From positions 1 through 50,416 of the forward strand of contig CAZEMX010000003.1 of NCBI GenBank assembly GCA_964513415.1: 50,416 nt of DNA, given 5' to 3'. This DNA is from an uncultured Nitrososphaerota archaeon. Its GTDB lineage: Archaea > Thermoproteota > Methanomethylicia > Methanomethylicales > Methanomethylicaceae. Below the pieces are notes generated by a model. That model did no database searches, was not told where the DNA came from, and worked only from the letters and a program-made list of their open reading frames with translations. Numbering within the stretch: position 1 is the first letter of the stretch; each line of letters starts with the position of its first letter. Shown piece by piece: positions 17,212-25,572 of this stretch. The translations under genes were made by a program, and so were the position numbers.

Positions 17212-18670
17212 CCAGATCAATCTGTTCTACGCCGCAATCGTCTGCGTGTACATGGTAACGCTCGGCATCATCGGATGGATAGGCAAGAACAAGGTCAAGA
17301 GCTGCGCGGATTGGTATGTGGGCAACTTCCAAATAGGCGGTGTGATAATGGGCGTCGCCTTCTTCGCCACATACTTCAGCGCAGTACTCATGATCGGGTT
17401 CGCAGGCAATGCCAGTCAATGGGGGATGAGCGCCACCGTCATAGGCATGTGGCACGCTGTGGCGGCATTCGTCGCCTTCGCAGTGCTTGCACCAGGCTTG
17501 GCTAGGATGTTCAAGATGCTGAACGCCTTCACATTCTCGGAGTTTCTCGCGTTGCGATTCAAGAGCCAGGCGTTAGGCACGATATCGTCGCTTATCACCA
17601 GCGTCTTCATAATCCCTTACACCGTGGCCGCTTTCATAGCAATGGCTGCTGCCTTATCCTTGCTTGTGGGCCTTCCATTCTGGCTAGGGGTGGTGGTCTC
17701 AGGCACTATTATCGCACTGTACGTCTTCAGCGGCGGCCTCTTCTCGGTGACTATCGCGGAGTTCTTACAGGGGATCGTCATGACCGTTGCAGTAATCGTT
17801 GTATGGATCGCCTCATACGCAATGCTTGGCGGAGTGATCTCGGCACATGAGACGCTGGCGTCTATCAGCACATCGACAGTGACCTTCCCGGCGATGGGTA
17901 GCAACCTGTGGGCGACCGTGATAGGCCTATCTGCAGTTATGGGCTTCGGTGCGCTGGCACAGCCGCAAATGATACTCCGCTACTCGACAATCTGCAACAG
18001 GATGAACCTCAAGAGGGCACTTTTGATCGCCGTTCTTGGGTCATTCATATTCCCGCTGGCCGCATACTCCTACGGCCCTCTGTCACGTGCGATACTCCTG
18101 CCTCTCGGCTATGACGTTATGACCATGAACGCAAACTTCATCATCCCTACCTTTATCAACGCGGCTTTCCCGACATGGCTGGTTACCCTCTTCCTTGCCG
18201 GCGTGCTATGCGCTGCCACATCTACGATAGACTCCCTTGTTCACATGTCAGCAGGAACAATTACTCGTGACCTCATACGTCCATTCAAGGTCAAGATGAG
18301 CGACCGTTCTCAGCTCTCTCTGACCAAGATGATCTCATTGGTGGTCACAGTGGTCTGCTGCATGTTCGCCATCTTCCAGCCAGGTCTGATTGTGACGCTC
18401 TCGGCATACACCTGGCAGGTCCTTGCGAGCTCCTTCTTCGGTCCAATCGTCGGCGCGCTCTTTATAAAGCGGTCAAACAAACTTGGCGCTATCAGCGGCA
18501 TGGTCGCGGGATTCTTGGTGTCGCAGTTGTGGTATCTCTTCCTCGCTCCTCCGGTGACCCCGATATACGCATTCTTCCCAGGTGTTGCGGCATCGATAAT
18601 CGTAACCTTGGTAGCAAGCCTCTTTGCGGAGCCTCTGGACGCAGACTTCATCGCAAAGCTTTACCCATGA
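17195..18670 (+). CDS. sodium:solute symporter family (SSF) transporter
   Basis: 491 aa with about 13 hydrophobic helices and SSF-like organisation. An alternative start is ATG 17204. Confidence 0.9.
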   Translation: MPAMSDQINLFYAAIVCVYMVTLGIIGWIGKNKVKSCADWYVGNFQIGGVIMGVAFFATYFSAVLMIGFAGNASQWGMSATVIGMWHAVAAFVAFAVLAPGLARMFKMLNAFTFSEFLALRFKSQALGTISSLITSVFIIPYTVAAFIAMAAALSLLVGLPFWLGVVVSGTIIALYVFSGGLFSVTIAEFLQGIVMTVAVIVVWIASYAMLGGVISAHETLASISTSTVTFPAMGSNLWATVIGLSAVMGFGALAQPQMILRYSTICNRMNLKRALLIAVLGSFIFPLAAYSYGPLSRAILLPLGYDVMTMNANFIIPTFINAAFPTWLVTLFLAGVLCAATSTIDSLVHMSAGTITRDLIRPFKVKMSDRSQLSLTKMISLVVTVVCCMFAIFQPGLIVTLSAYTWQVLASSFFGPIVGALFIKRSNKLGAISGMVAGFLVSQLWYLFLAPPVTPIYAFFPGVAASIIVTLVASLFAEPLDADFIAKLYP

Positions 18671-18675
18671 CTCTC

Positions 18676-18699
18676 TTTTTTCCCCTTTTCATTTTTTTT
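18676..18699 (+). terminator. oligo-T terminator tracts after the SSF gene
   Basis: T6 at 18676-18681, T4 at 18686-18689 and T8 at 18692-18699. Confidence 0.55.
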
Positions 18700-18781
18700 A
18701 AAACTGTCCCACCTATCTGCGTCAAGTCTTCAACACGCTTGGCACGCCTCCGATGAGCGGGGGCTCCTTGGCACCGCCCGA

Positions 18782-19309
18782 TCATCGTGTATTCTGCTGC
18801 TGTGGCGGCGGTCTTGGTGGCAGGAGCCTGAATTTGACGCTGTCCTTCTTGCCATTGATCAGATCTTCAACATCCGTGGTGAACGCGATCAAATTCATGC
18901 TCATGAGCACGAACCTTCCATCCCTTGACCTTCTGAGCCGGATCTCGCCCTCCTTCAGCGGGCCTGACCTCTGATCTTGGGTCGGTGCCTGCTGGCGATC
19001 TGCGTCTTCCTGAAAGCGTGTCCTCTGTTGCCTCTGGGGCTCGTCCCATTCGACATATCCGAGCCTGTCATCCTGTTTTGACTGGTAACTCTCTCTAAGT
19101 GGCGGCGGTTGCTGGTCCGCCCTTGCCTGTGGTGCCCCCGCGCCTGTCTTCACCTCTATGTTGAGCTCTGCGGCCTTGGCCATCAGGCCGTCCAAAAGCT
19201 CATCTGGGAACTCCCATACCTTCTCATCCCTGTTCCACTTTGCACCCGACCCGCTGCTCTTGATCCATTGGACAAGCTCTTGATTATACCTAAATGCGAC
19301 CTTTACCAT
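18782..19309 (-). CDS. hypothetical protein: N-terminal HARP/DUF5710-like module, Q/P/R-rich linker, small C-terminal domain
   Basis: The N-terminus is VKVAFRYNQELVQWIKSSGSGAKWNRDEKVWEFPDELLDGLMAKAAELNIEV. The central stretch is low-complexity (QQPPPLRESYQSKQDD...QRQQRTRFQEDADRQQAPTQDQ). Clean ATG start. Confidence 0.6.
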   Translation of the reverse strand: MVKVAFRYNQELVQWIKSSGSGAKWNRDEKVWEFPDELLDGLMAKAAELNIEVKTGAGAPQARADQQPPPLRESYQSKQDDRLGYVEWDEPQRQQRTRFQEDADRQQAPTQDQRSGPLKEGEIRLRRSRDGRFVLMSMNLIAFTTDVEDLINGKKDSVKFRLLPPRPPPQQQNTR

Positions 19310-19473
19310 AAACTTCGCCTGCTTTGATTCGAAATGCTCGTTACTCGGATTAACCTTCCCTCAATCGATATATTAAATCTGCTATGCGCATGCCACTCAT
19401 CAGTGCAGGGCGGCTCGCGGCAACGCATACGTTTTTATCCCGACATTTCACCCTTGATAGTTGCTGATCGGCC

Positions 19474-20202
19474 ATGGCGACGAATCTTTTGGTTATCGGG
19501 CCGGCGGGTTCCGGCAAGACCTCGCTGACGGCGAGGCTCTCCGAATGGATGGCCAAATCGGGCACCTCCAGTTGCCTGATAAATCTCGACCCGGGCGCAG
19601 AGCGCCTGCCGTATCTCCCTGACTACGACGTCAGGTCGATCGTCCGAGTCTGCGACCTGATGGAAAAGGAGGGTCTGAGCCCAAATGGCGCACTCATCAA
19701 AGCCTCAGAGATCATCGAGAGTCGTATCGGAGATGTGGCGGGTTCGATCCATTCCCTGCAAGGCGACTTCAAGATCATCGACACGCCCGGGCAGATGGAG
19801 CTCTTCCTCTTCAGGCAGCTGGGATCGAGTCTCGCATCAAAGCTCAGCGGAAAGACCGCCGCCATATTGTTGCTCGACCTGTCTGCAGTCTCTGGGGCAG
19901 ACTATGCTGCCCTGCGCCTCTTGGGGCTCATCGTAGAGCTGAAACTGGGCGTCCCATCTCTTGACATCATCAGCAAATCCGACCTCCTTGATCGGAAAGC
20001 ATCGGTTCTATGGCAGGAGCGCATAACCGCCCCCAAATCAGAGGGGCTGAAGGGGGAGCTTGTCCACAACCTCTCCTCGTTGCTCAGCAACATGGAGAGG
20101 CGGAAGAGGGTCATCGCGGTCTCGTCAGTGAGTGGCGAAGGTTTCGAAAGCCTCTACAATGCGTTGGGCGAACTCTTCTGTTCTTGCGGAGACCTTTCTT
20201 GA
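19474..20202 (+). CDS. GPN-loop GTPase (PAB0955/XAB1 family)
   Basis: P-loop GPAGSGKTS, DTPGQMELF, and a GPN-region variant LSPNGAL (Ser for Gly). Confidence 0.85.
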   Translation: MATNLLVIGPAGSGKTSLTARLSEWMAKSGTSSCLINLDPGAERLPYLPDYDVRSIVRVCDLMEKEGLSPNGALIKASEIIESRIGDVAGSIHSLQGDFKIIDTPGQMELFLFRQLGSSLASKLSGKTAAILLLDLSAVSGADYAALRLLGLIVELKLGVPSLDIISKSDLLDRKASVLWQERITAPKSEGLKGELVHNLSSLLSNMERRKRVIAVSSVSGEGFESLYNALGELFCSCGDLS

Positions 20203-20221
20203 GGGTGGGACGGCCTAGCGG

Positions 20222-22123
20222 TCACTGCTTTCGCTTGGGCTCGACATCCATCTTCCTTCCGGCGAATGCCTTGAATATGTCCGTCCCGCTCAGCATTCCC
20301 ACTATCTGCCCGTTCGGACCTTCAACCGGAAGCCTCCAGACGTTCCATTTGCGCATGATCGCGGATGCCTTCGCGATGTCCTCCTCTGCGTCTATTGTGA
20401 TAAGGGGGGTTGACATTACGTTGCTCAGCGAAACGTCTTTCCCAAGGCTCCCTGTGGACATGACCTTGTAGAGGACATCCCTCGTGGTTACGATTCCTAT
20501 CGGCATGTCATTATCTGTTACTATGAGGCTTCCCACGCCGAGATCCTTCATATACTTCGCTGCCTCATATGAGGACGTTCGCCTATCGATGCTCTTCACC
20601 GACGTTTCCATGAAGTCCTTGACCTTGGCCCTCGACAGTATCCGGTTCAGCGTCTTTCCGCTGGGTGTCCTTGGTATCTCCTTGACGAACTCGTAAGTGC
20701 GGGGCACTTTGAACGCCGCTAGAACCCTCCTGCAATACGCATCCATCTCCTCCGAGGAGGCAGTTTCGCCTTCCTTGAGGACGATGAATGCCTTCACGCT
20801 CTCACCCCTCAGTGGGTCCGGCAGTCCGACGACCGCAACTTCCTTAACCTTCGGGTAAGCGTGGATGACCTCTTCGACCTCGCGTGGAAAGACCTTGAAG
20901 CCGCTAGCGATGATCATCTCCTTCTTTCTCCCCACGATCGTCAGGTATCCATCATCGTCCAGCTTGCCAAGGTCGCCCGTTCTGAACCACCCGTCCTTGA
21001 AAGCCTCCTCCGTCTCGTTGGGCTTCTTCCAGTACCCCTTCATCACGTTAGGCCCACGCACTGCAATCTCTCCGACCTCGCCTCGTTGGGCACTCTCTCC
21101 ATCTCCAAAGATCGCCACCTCGACGCCTGGTATTGCCTGTCCTACGGATCCTGGCTTTCTGACGCCTCTGTAGGGGTTCGACGTGATGACTGGTGAGGTC
21201 TCCGTCATTCCATACCTCTCTAGCATCTCGACGCCAAACTTCTCCTTGAATTTATTATACGCCTCGATAGGCATTGGCGCCGAGCCGACAGTCCAGAGCC
21301 TGACCGAACTTATGTCGTGTTCATCTGACTTGTCCTCAAGCAGCTTGATGTACATTGTAGGGACTCCCATGAAGACTGTCGACCGGTGCCTTTGGATCCC
21401 CTCAAAAACCTTCTTGGAGTCAAACCTCTCCAGCAGAGCTATGGAGAATCCGCAGTATGCCATGCCGTGGATGACTATTCCCAGACCGTGAATGTGAAAC
21501 ATAGGGAGTGCCATGAGTACCCTGTCCCCCTCAGCAAGCTCCCAGATCTTGGTCAATGTGCTTATGTTCGATATGAAATTTGCATGCGTGAGCATCGCTC
21601 CCTTTGAGATGCCCGTCGTTCCCGACGTGTAACAGATTACTGCTATGTCCCCCTCCTCGTTCTCTGCTTTGGGTCTCGATCCATCCTCTCGCGAAATGAG
21701 GTCGTAGAACGAATAGCAACCTGCCGGAACACTTTCGGCTATTACGACTATCAGTCTTACCGATCTGAGCTCTGATCTGACGTCTAGCACATGCTGGATG
21801 TTTGCTTCAGAGACTATGATGGCGGCCGCCTCAGAATCGTTTATCATATACCGTAGCTCATGCTGTCGATACATGACGTTAAGGGGCACAACAACCGCGC
21901 CCGCCTTAAGGATTCCAAAGTGTGCCATTATGAATTCAGGCGCGTTCTGCATGAATATGCAGACTCTCTCTCCTTTCGCTATGCCAAGCCTGAGCAGCGC
22001 TTGGGCTATTCTGTTGGAAGCGCCTTCCAATTGGCCGAATGTGTACTCTCTATCTTGCCACGTGACCGCAACCTTCTCAGAGAGCCTCGTGGCCGTATTG
22101 GTGAACAATGAGTCAAGGGTCAT
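20222..22123 (-). CDS. AMP-forming acyl-CoA synthetase (ANL family) fused to a C-terminal CBS-pair domain
   Basis: ANL motifs YTSGTTGISKGA and PRTPSGKTLNRIL, then about 135 more residues with two CBS repeats (VGSLIVTDNDMPIGIVTTRDVL; WRLPVEGPNGQIVGMLSGTDIF) in one uninterrupted ORF. Confidence 0.9.
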   Translation of the reverse strand: MTLDSLFTNTATRLSEKVAVTWQDREYTFGQLEGASNRIAQALLRLGIAKGERVCIFMQNAPEFIMAHFGILKAGAVVVPLNVMYRQHELRYMINDSEAAAIIVSEANIQHVLDVRSELRSVRLIVVIAESVPAGCYSFYDLISREDGSRPKAENEEGDIAVICYTSGTTGISKGAMLTHANFISNISTLTKIWELAEGDRVLMALPMFHIHGLGIVIHGMAYCGFSIALLERFDSKKVFEGIQRHRSTVFMGVPTMYIKLLEDKSDEHDISSVRLWTVGSAPMPIEAYNKFKEKFGVEMLERYGMTETSPVITSNPYRGVRKPGSVGQAIPGVEVAIFGDGESAQRGEVGEIAVRGPNVMKGYWKKPNETEEAFKDGWFRTGDLGKLDDDGYLTIVGRKKEMIIASGFKVFPREVEEVIHAYPKVKEVAVVGLPDPLRGESVKAFIVLKEGETASSEEMDAYCRRVLAAFKVPRTYEFVKEIPRTPSGKTLNRILSRAKVKDFMETSVKSIDRRTSSYEAAKYMKDLGVGSLIVTDNDMPIGIVTTRDVLYKVMSTGSLGKDVSLSNVMSTPLITIDAEEDIAKASAIMRKWNVWRLPVEGPNGQIVGMLSGTDIFKAFAGRKMDVEPKRKQ

Positions 22124-22154
22124 TATTCCACAACAGCCTATAGCGTCCTCGCAA

Positions 22155-22312
22155 TCAATTTATAAACATATTTCACCATCAATTATAATTTATCATGCTT
22201 TTTTTTAAATAAATACCATAAAAATTGCATATGTGCCCCAAATTTTTTTACATATTTTTATAAAAAAATGAATATATATTGTAATTATCATTATTTATAA
22301 TGCATTATTATG
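22155..22312. promoter_or_regulatory. very AT-rich divergent promoter/operator region
   Basis: TTTATAAA occurs at 22159-22166 and 22257-22264. ACATATTT occurs at 22166-22173 and 22250-22257. TTTATAAT is at 22293-22300. The direct repeat CATTATT is at 22289-22295 and 22303-22309. Confidence 0.5.
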
Positions 22313-22325
22313 CGGTCGGATCGCT

Positions 22326-23252
22326 ATGTCGTCACTCTCCGCCCCACAAAAGGACATCATCGTTGCCCTATTGGAACTTTACGACAAGAAGCGCGCTCTT
22401 GTAAAGAGCAAGGAGATCGCATCAAAGACAGGAAGGGACGAGGGGACAGTTCGGAATATCATGCCTGTACTGAGGGCAATCGGCCTAGTGGAGGCGATAC
22501 CCGGGCCCAAGGGAGGATACTTGCCGACGGGTAAGGCTTATGAGAGCTTCAATGTTCCGAGGAGCATGCGCTCCTTATCCGTGCCAATATTCACAAAGCA
22601 CGGCAGCAAGACCGACGTCGCAGTGACTGATATCCTCTTCAAGAGCGTCTTCAGCCCCGACTTCTGCCAGGCGATCCTCAAGGTGCTGGGGAACCTCTCG
22701 CGATTCAATACAGGCGAGGATATCGTGATAGGGCCGACGCCGTCGGGGCGGATGGTTATCGAAGGAACGATAACCGGTAGGGATGACCTGCACGGAGAAC
22801 TGCTCCTCGACGTCATAACCCTTATCAGCATTCCAAAGGCGAAGGTGCAGGACGTCATGTCGCGACGCCTCGTTACCATCCCCGCGTCAATGCGCCTCGA
22901 CAAAGTCGCGCTGATTCTCTATAAGGAGTTCATCCGGGCCGCGCCAGTAGTGGATAACGATGCGCTGATTGGAGTCATCACGAGTACAGATATCGCTCGA
23001 TGCGTCAGCGAGGGGAAGACTGACATCACGGCTCGAGATGCAATGAGCAGGCGCCCTATCATCATCGATTCCGATGAGGACATCCTTGAGGCCATGACAA
23101 AGATGCGGCGATCCAGCATAGGTCGACTGGTCGTCGTAAACTCCCAGAGCAAACCCGTCGGCATAATCACGCGCACTGACATCCTGCTAAGAATATTAAA
23201 GCCCTTTGAGATGATTGAGGAGCGCGGGATCGAAGAGACGTTCCACAGCTGA
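22326..23252 (+). CDS. transcriptional regulator: Rrf2-like wHTH plus middle domain plus CBS pair
   Basis: N-terminal KSKEIASKTGRDEGTVRNIMPVLRAIGLVEAIPGPKGGY, and two C-terminal CBS repeats (AAPVVDNDALIGVITSTDI; GRLVVVNSQSKPVGIITRTDIL). Confidence 0.8.
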   Translation: MSSLSAPQKDIIVALLELYDKKRALVKSKEIASKTGRDEGTVRNIMPVLRAIGLVEAIPGPKGGYLPTGKAYESFNVPRSMRSLSVPIFTKHGSKTDVAVTDILFKSVFSPDFCQAILKVLGNLSRFNTGEDIVIGPTPSGRMVIEGTITGRDDLHGELLLDVITLISIPKAKVQDVMSRRLVTIPASMRLDKVALILYKEFIRAAPVVDNDALIGVITSTDIARCVSEGKTDITARDAMSRRPIIIDSDEDILEAMTKMRRSSIGRLVVVNSQSKPVGIITRTDILLRILKPFEMIEERGIEETFHS

Positions 23253-23270
23253 CTGACCTGTTGCTCCAAA

Positions 23271-24461
23271 TCAGCCTGGCGAAAGCATCTCAGACACCGC
23301 TTTCAGGTCTGGGGGCACCTCTATCGGTTTGCCGCATATGCTGATCACCTCTTCGGGATCCTTAAGAAGGTGACCAGTGCAAACGCAGACCACCTCCGCA
23401 TCCGCATCAATCTCTCCGATGCTTGCCGCCTTCCTGACTCCTGCAACCGATGCTGCGCTGGCAGGCTCCACCCCTATCCCCTCCAGGCAAGCGATTATCC
23501 TCTGCGTCTCGATGATTTCATCATCAGAGACTGCATCATATGCCCCATTTGACTCCTTTATTGCATTGACCGCCTTGGGCCAATTCACCGGGTTGCCTAT
23601 CCTTATGGCCGTCGCGACGGTCTCCGGTGAGTTGATCGGAGCAAGCTCTGACAGGTTCTCCCTCAGCATCCTCACAACTGGCGCGGATCCTGCTGCCTGC
23701 ACTCCGTACATCCTTGGCAGGCCATCCGTTATGCCCGCGTCTTGGAACTCTTTGAAACCTTTCCATATTGCTGATATATTGCCGCAGTTCCCCATGGGTA
23801 CAGCCACCATCTCCGGCACGTGCCCTAGCTGATCCACCACCTCGAATGCGAGGGTCTTCTGCCCCTCAAGCCTCCATGGGTTGATGCTGTTCAGCAGATA
23901 TATTCCCATCTTTGTTGATATACCCATCACGATATTCAATGCCTGATCGAAGTTGCCCTTAACGGATATCACCTTTGCGCCATGCATCAATGCTTGAGCC
24001 AGCTTTCCCATGGCAACCTTCCCTGCAGGCAAGATGACGTAGCACGTCAATCCCGCCCTGGCAGCGTAAGCCGATAGCGACGCGGAAGTGTTGCCCGTAG
24101 ATGCGCAGGCTACTGCCTTGGACCCAAGGCTCTTGGCTTTGGTGACCCCGAGGGTCATCCCTCTGTCCTTGAAGCTGCCCGTCGGGTTCCCTCCTTCGTA
24201 TTTGATGTACAGCCTTCTTACGCCCGCCCACTTAGCCAGCTTATCGCATCTATAGAGCTGCGTACCGCCCTCATCAAGGGATATTATAGGGGTCTCTCTC
24301 GCTATGGGCAGGAACTCCCTGTATCTCCATACCCTTAACTGCCTCTTTGCCATCTCCTCAAGGGTGACCTTTGGCGGCTCGATTACCACTTCAAGCAGGG
24401 CGCCGCACCCTGTGCATGTATATACTATCTGCGATGCGTCGTACTCTTTATGGCACTTCAT
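23271..24461 (-). CDS. thrC: threonine synthase with N-terminal zinc ribbon
   Basis: CHKEY...CTGCG ribbon and the PLP motif NPTGSFKDRG. The start was set at ATG 24461 (MKCHKEY); the track start at 24521 would overlap thrB by 44 nt. Confidence 0.9.
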   Translation of the reverse strand: MKCHKEYDASQIVYTCTGCGALLEVVIEPPKVTLEEMAKRQLRVWRYREFLPIARETPIISLDEGGTQLYRCDKLAKWAGVRRLYIKYEGGNPTGSFKDRGMTLGVTKAKSLGSKAVACASTGNTSASLSAYAARAGLTCYVILPAGKVAMGKLAQALMHGAKVISVKGNFDQALNIVMGISTKMGIYLLNSINPWRLEGQKTLAFEVVDQLGHVPEMVAVPMGNCGNISAIWKGFKEFQDAGITDGLPRMYGVQAAGSAPVVRMLRENLSELAPINSPETVATAIRIGNPVNWPKAVNAIKESNGAYDAVSDDEIIETQRIIACLEGIGVEPASAASVAGVRKAASIGEIDADAEVVCVCTGHLLKDPEEVISICGKPIEVPPDLKAVSEMLSPG

Positions 24462-24477
24462 ACACCTGAGAATGGGC

Positions 24478-25422
24478 TCAGACAATCTTGGTACCCTCTT
24501 GGCTGCACTGATAGATGGCATAAACTGATTTAATATTATTTGTTGCGAACGCCCTCACCATCGCCTTTCCGACCGCCTCCGCCCTCTCGATGGGGGCAAG
24601 CGCAAAAACCGTCGGTCCAGCGCCACTAATGGTGGCTCCATGTGCACCCTCATGCATGGCGGTCGCCTTTACTTCTATGAATCCAGGTATGAGCTTTGCT
24701 CTTGCCGGCTCGATTATCCCGTCACCTGATATTCCCCTGCCCATCAAAGCAGCATCCTTTTGGACAATGCCTAACAGCAGGGAAGAGAATGCCGCCATCT
24801 GCCCCACCACTTGGCTCAACGGGACGCTCGAAGGAAGGACCTCGCGCGCTAGTTTGGTCTTCTCTGCTGCCAACTCTATTCTCGGGCTCACCTCAACCAC
24901 TGCGGTGCCTTCAATTGGCGATAGCTTGACAACATTCAGCGGTTCGTAACCCGTAATTACCGTGATGCCCCCCAGGAGCGCAGGCGCCACGTTATCCGCA
25001 TGCGCCGACCCACACGATGCCCTCTCGCCTTCCATTGCACATCTTAGAACATGCATCTGGTCAAGCGGGTAGCCGAGGAGCGCATTGACAGCAAATGCCC
25101 CTGCTGCAGAAGACGCCCCGGAGCTCCCCATCCCCATCCTTGGCGGCACGCCCTTCTCCAGCCGCATCTTCAGTCTGTACTTCTCGACACCTGCCTGGGC
25201 AAGCACAGCTCTGCCTGCCACGATGCAGGCGTTCTTTTCGGCAGGCATGTTTAGCGATTCGCTGCCCAGCCCTCCAACGGTGATCGCATCCACTCCGCCT
25301 GCCTGTAGCTCAACTCTGAGGATGTCCCTTGGCCTGTCCAACGCCATCCCCATCAAGTCGTAACCCGGTCCAAGGTTTGCAATGGTTGCGGGTGCTGAAA
25401 CCGTGATTTCGTCAGAGGGCAT
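24478..25422 (-). CDS. thrB: homoserine kinase (GHMP family)
   Basis: GHMP motif PRMGMGSSGASSAA. Directly upstream of thrC. Confidence 0.9.
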   Translation of the reverse strand: MPSDEITVSAPATIANLGPGYDLMGMALDRPRDILRVELQAGGVDAITVGGLGSESLNMPAEKNACIVAGRAVLAQAGVEKYRLKMRLEKGVPPRMGMGSSGASSAAGAFAVNALLGYPLDQMHVLRCAMEGERASCGSAHADNVAPALLGGITVITGYEPLNVVKLSPIEGTAVVEVSPRIELAAEKTKLAREVLPSSVPLSQVVGQMAAFSSLLLGIVQKDAALMGRGISGDGIIEPARAKLIPGFIEVKATAMHEGAHGATISGAGPTVFALAPIERAEAVGKAMVRAFATNNIKSVYAIYQCSQEGTKIV

Positions 25423-25444
25423 TTGGCTTTCCTCTCAAGATGTT

Positions 25445-25537
25445 ATTATGAGACGATATTTCCTAATAAAAAGCTTAGCTGTACCCGTGCCGCCGCCCAT
25501 CCAGCGCAAGCTGCGCGCATCCATTCCGTCTCATAAT
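25445..25537. repeat. 11-bp perfect inverted repeat flanking a 71-nt spacer in the thrB / EamA divergent intergenic region
   Basis: ATTATGAGACG (25445-25455) and CGTCTCATAAT (25527-25537). An inner GCGCA-AGC-TGCGC hairpin lies at about 25504-25516. TATA-like sequences adjoin both arms. Confidence 0.45.
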
Positions 25538-25572
25538 CGATATAAGCCATTTCCAGTCTCAACCTAAATTGT

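Noticed and set aside
22124-22325. AT-rich 200-bp region as a replication origin (DUE with ORB-like repeats).
   Set aside because: There is no orc1/cdc6 gene nearby and no long ORB-type repeats. The region is fully explained as a divergent promoter with TATA-like palindromes at sensible distances from both starts.
25445-25537. The inverted repeat as the lower stem of an H/ACA guide sRNA (an ACA triplet follows the 3' arm on the minus strand).
   Set aside because: The 71-nt interior is too long. It shows no convincing pseudouridylation pocket, upper stem or K-turn/K-loop (GA/AG) arrangement. The arms coincide with promoter elements.
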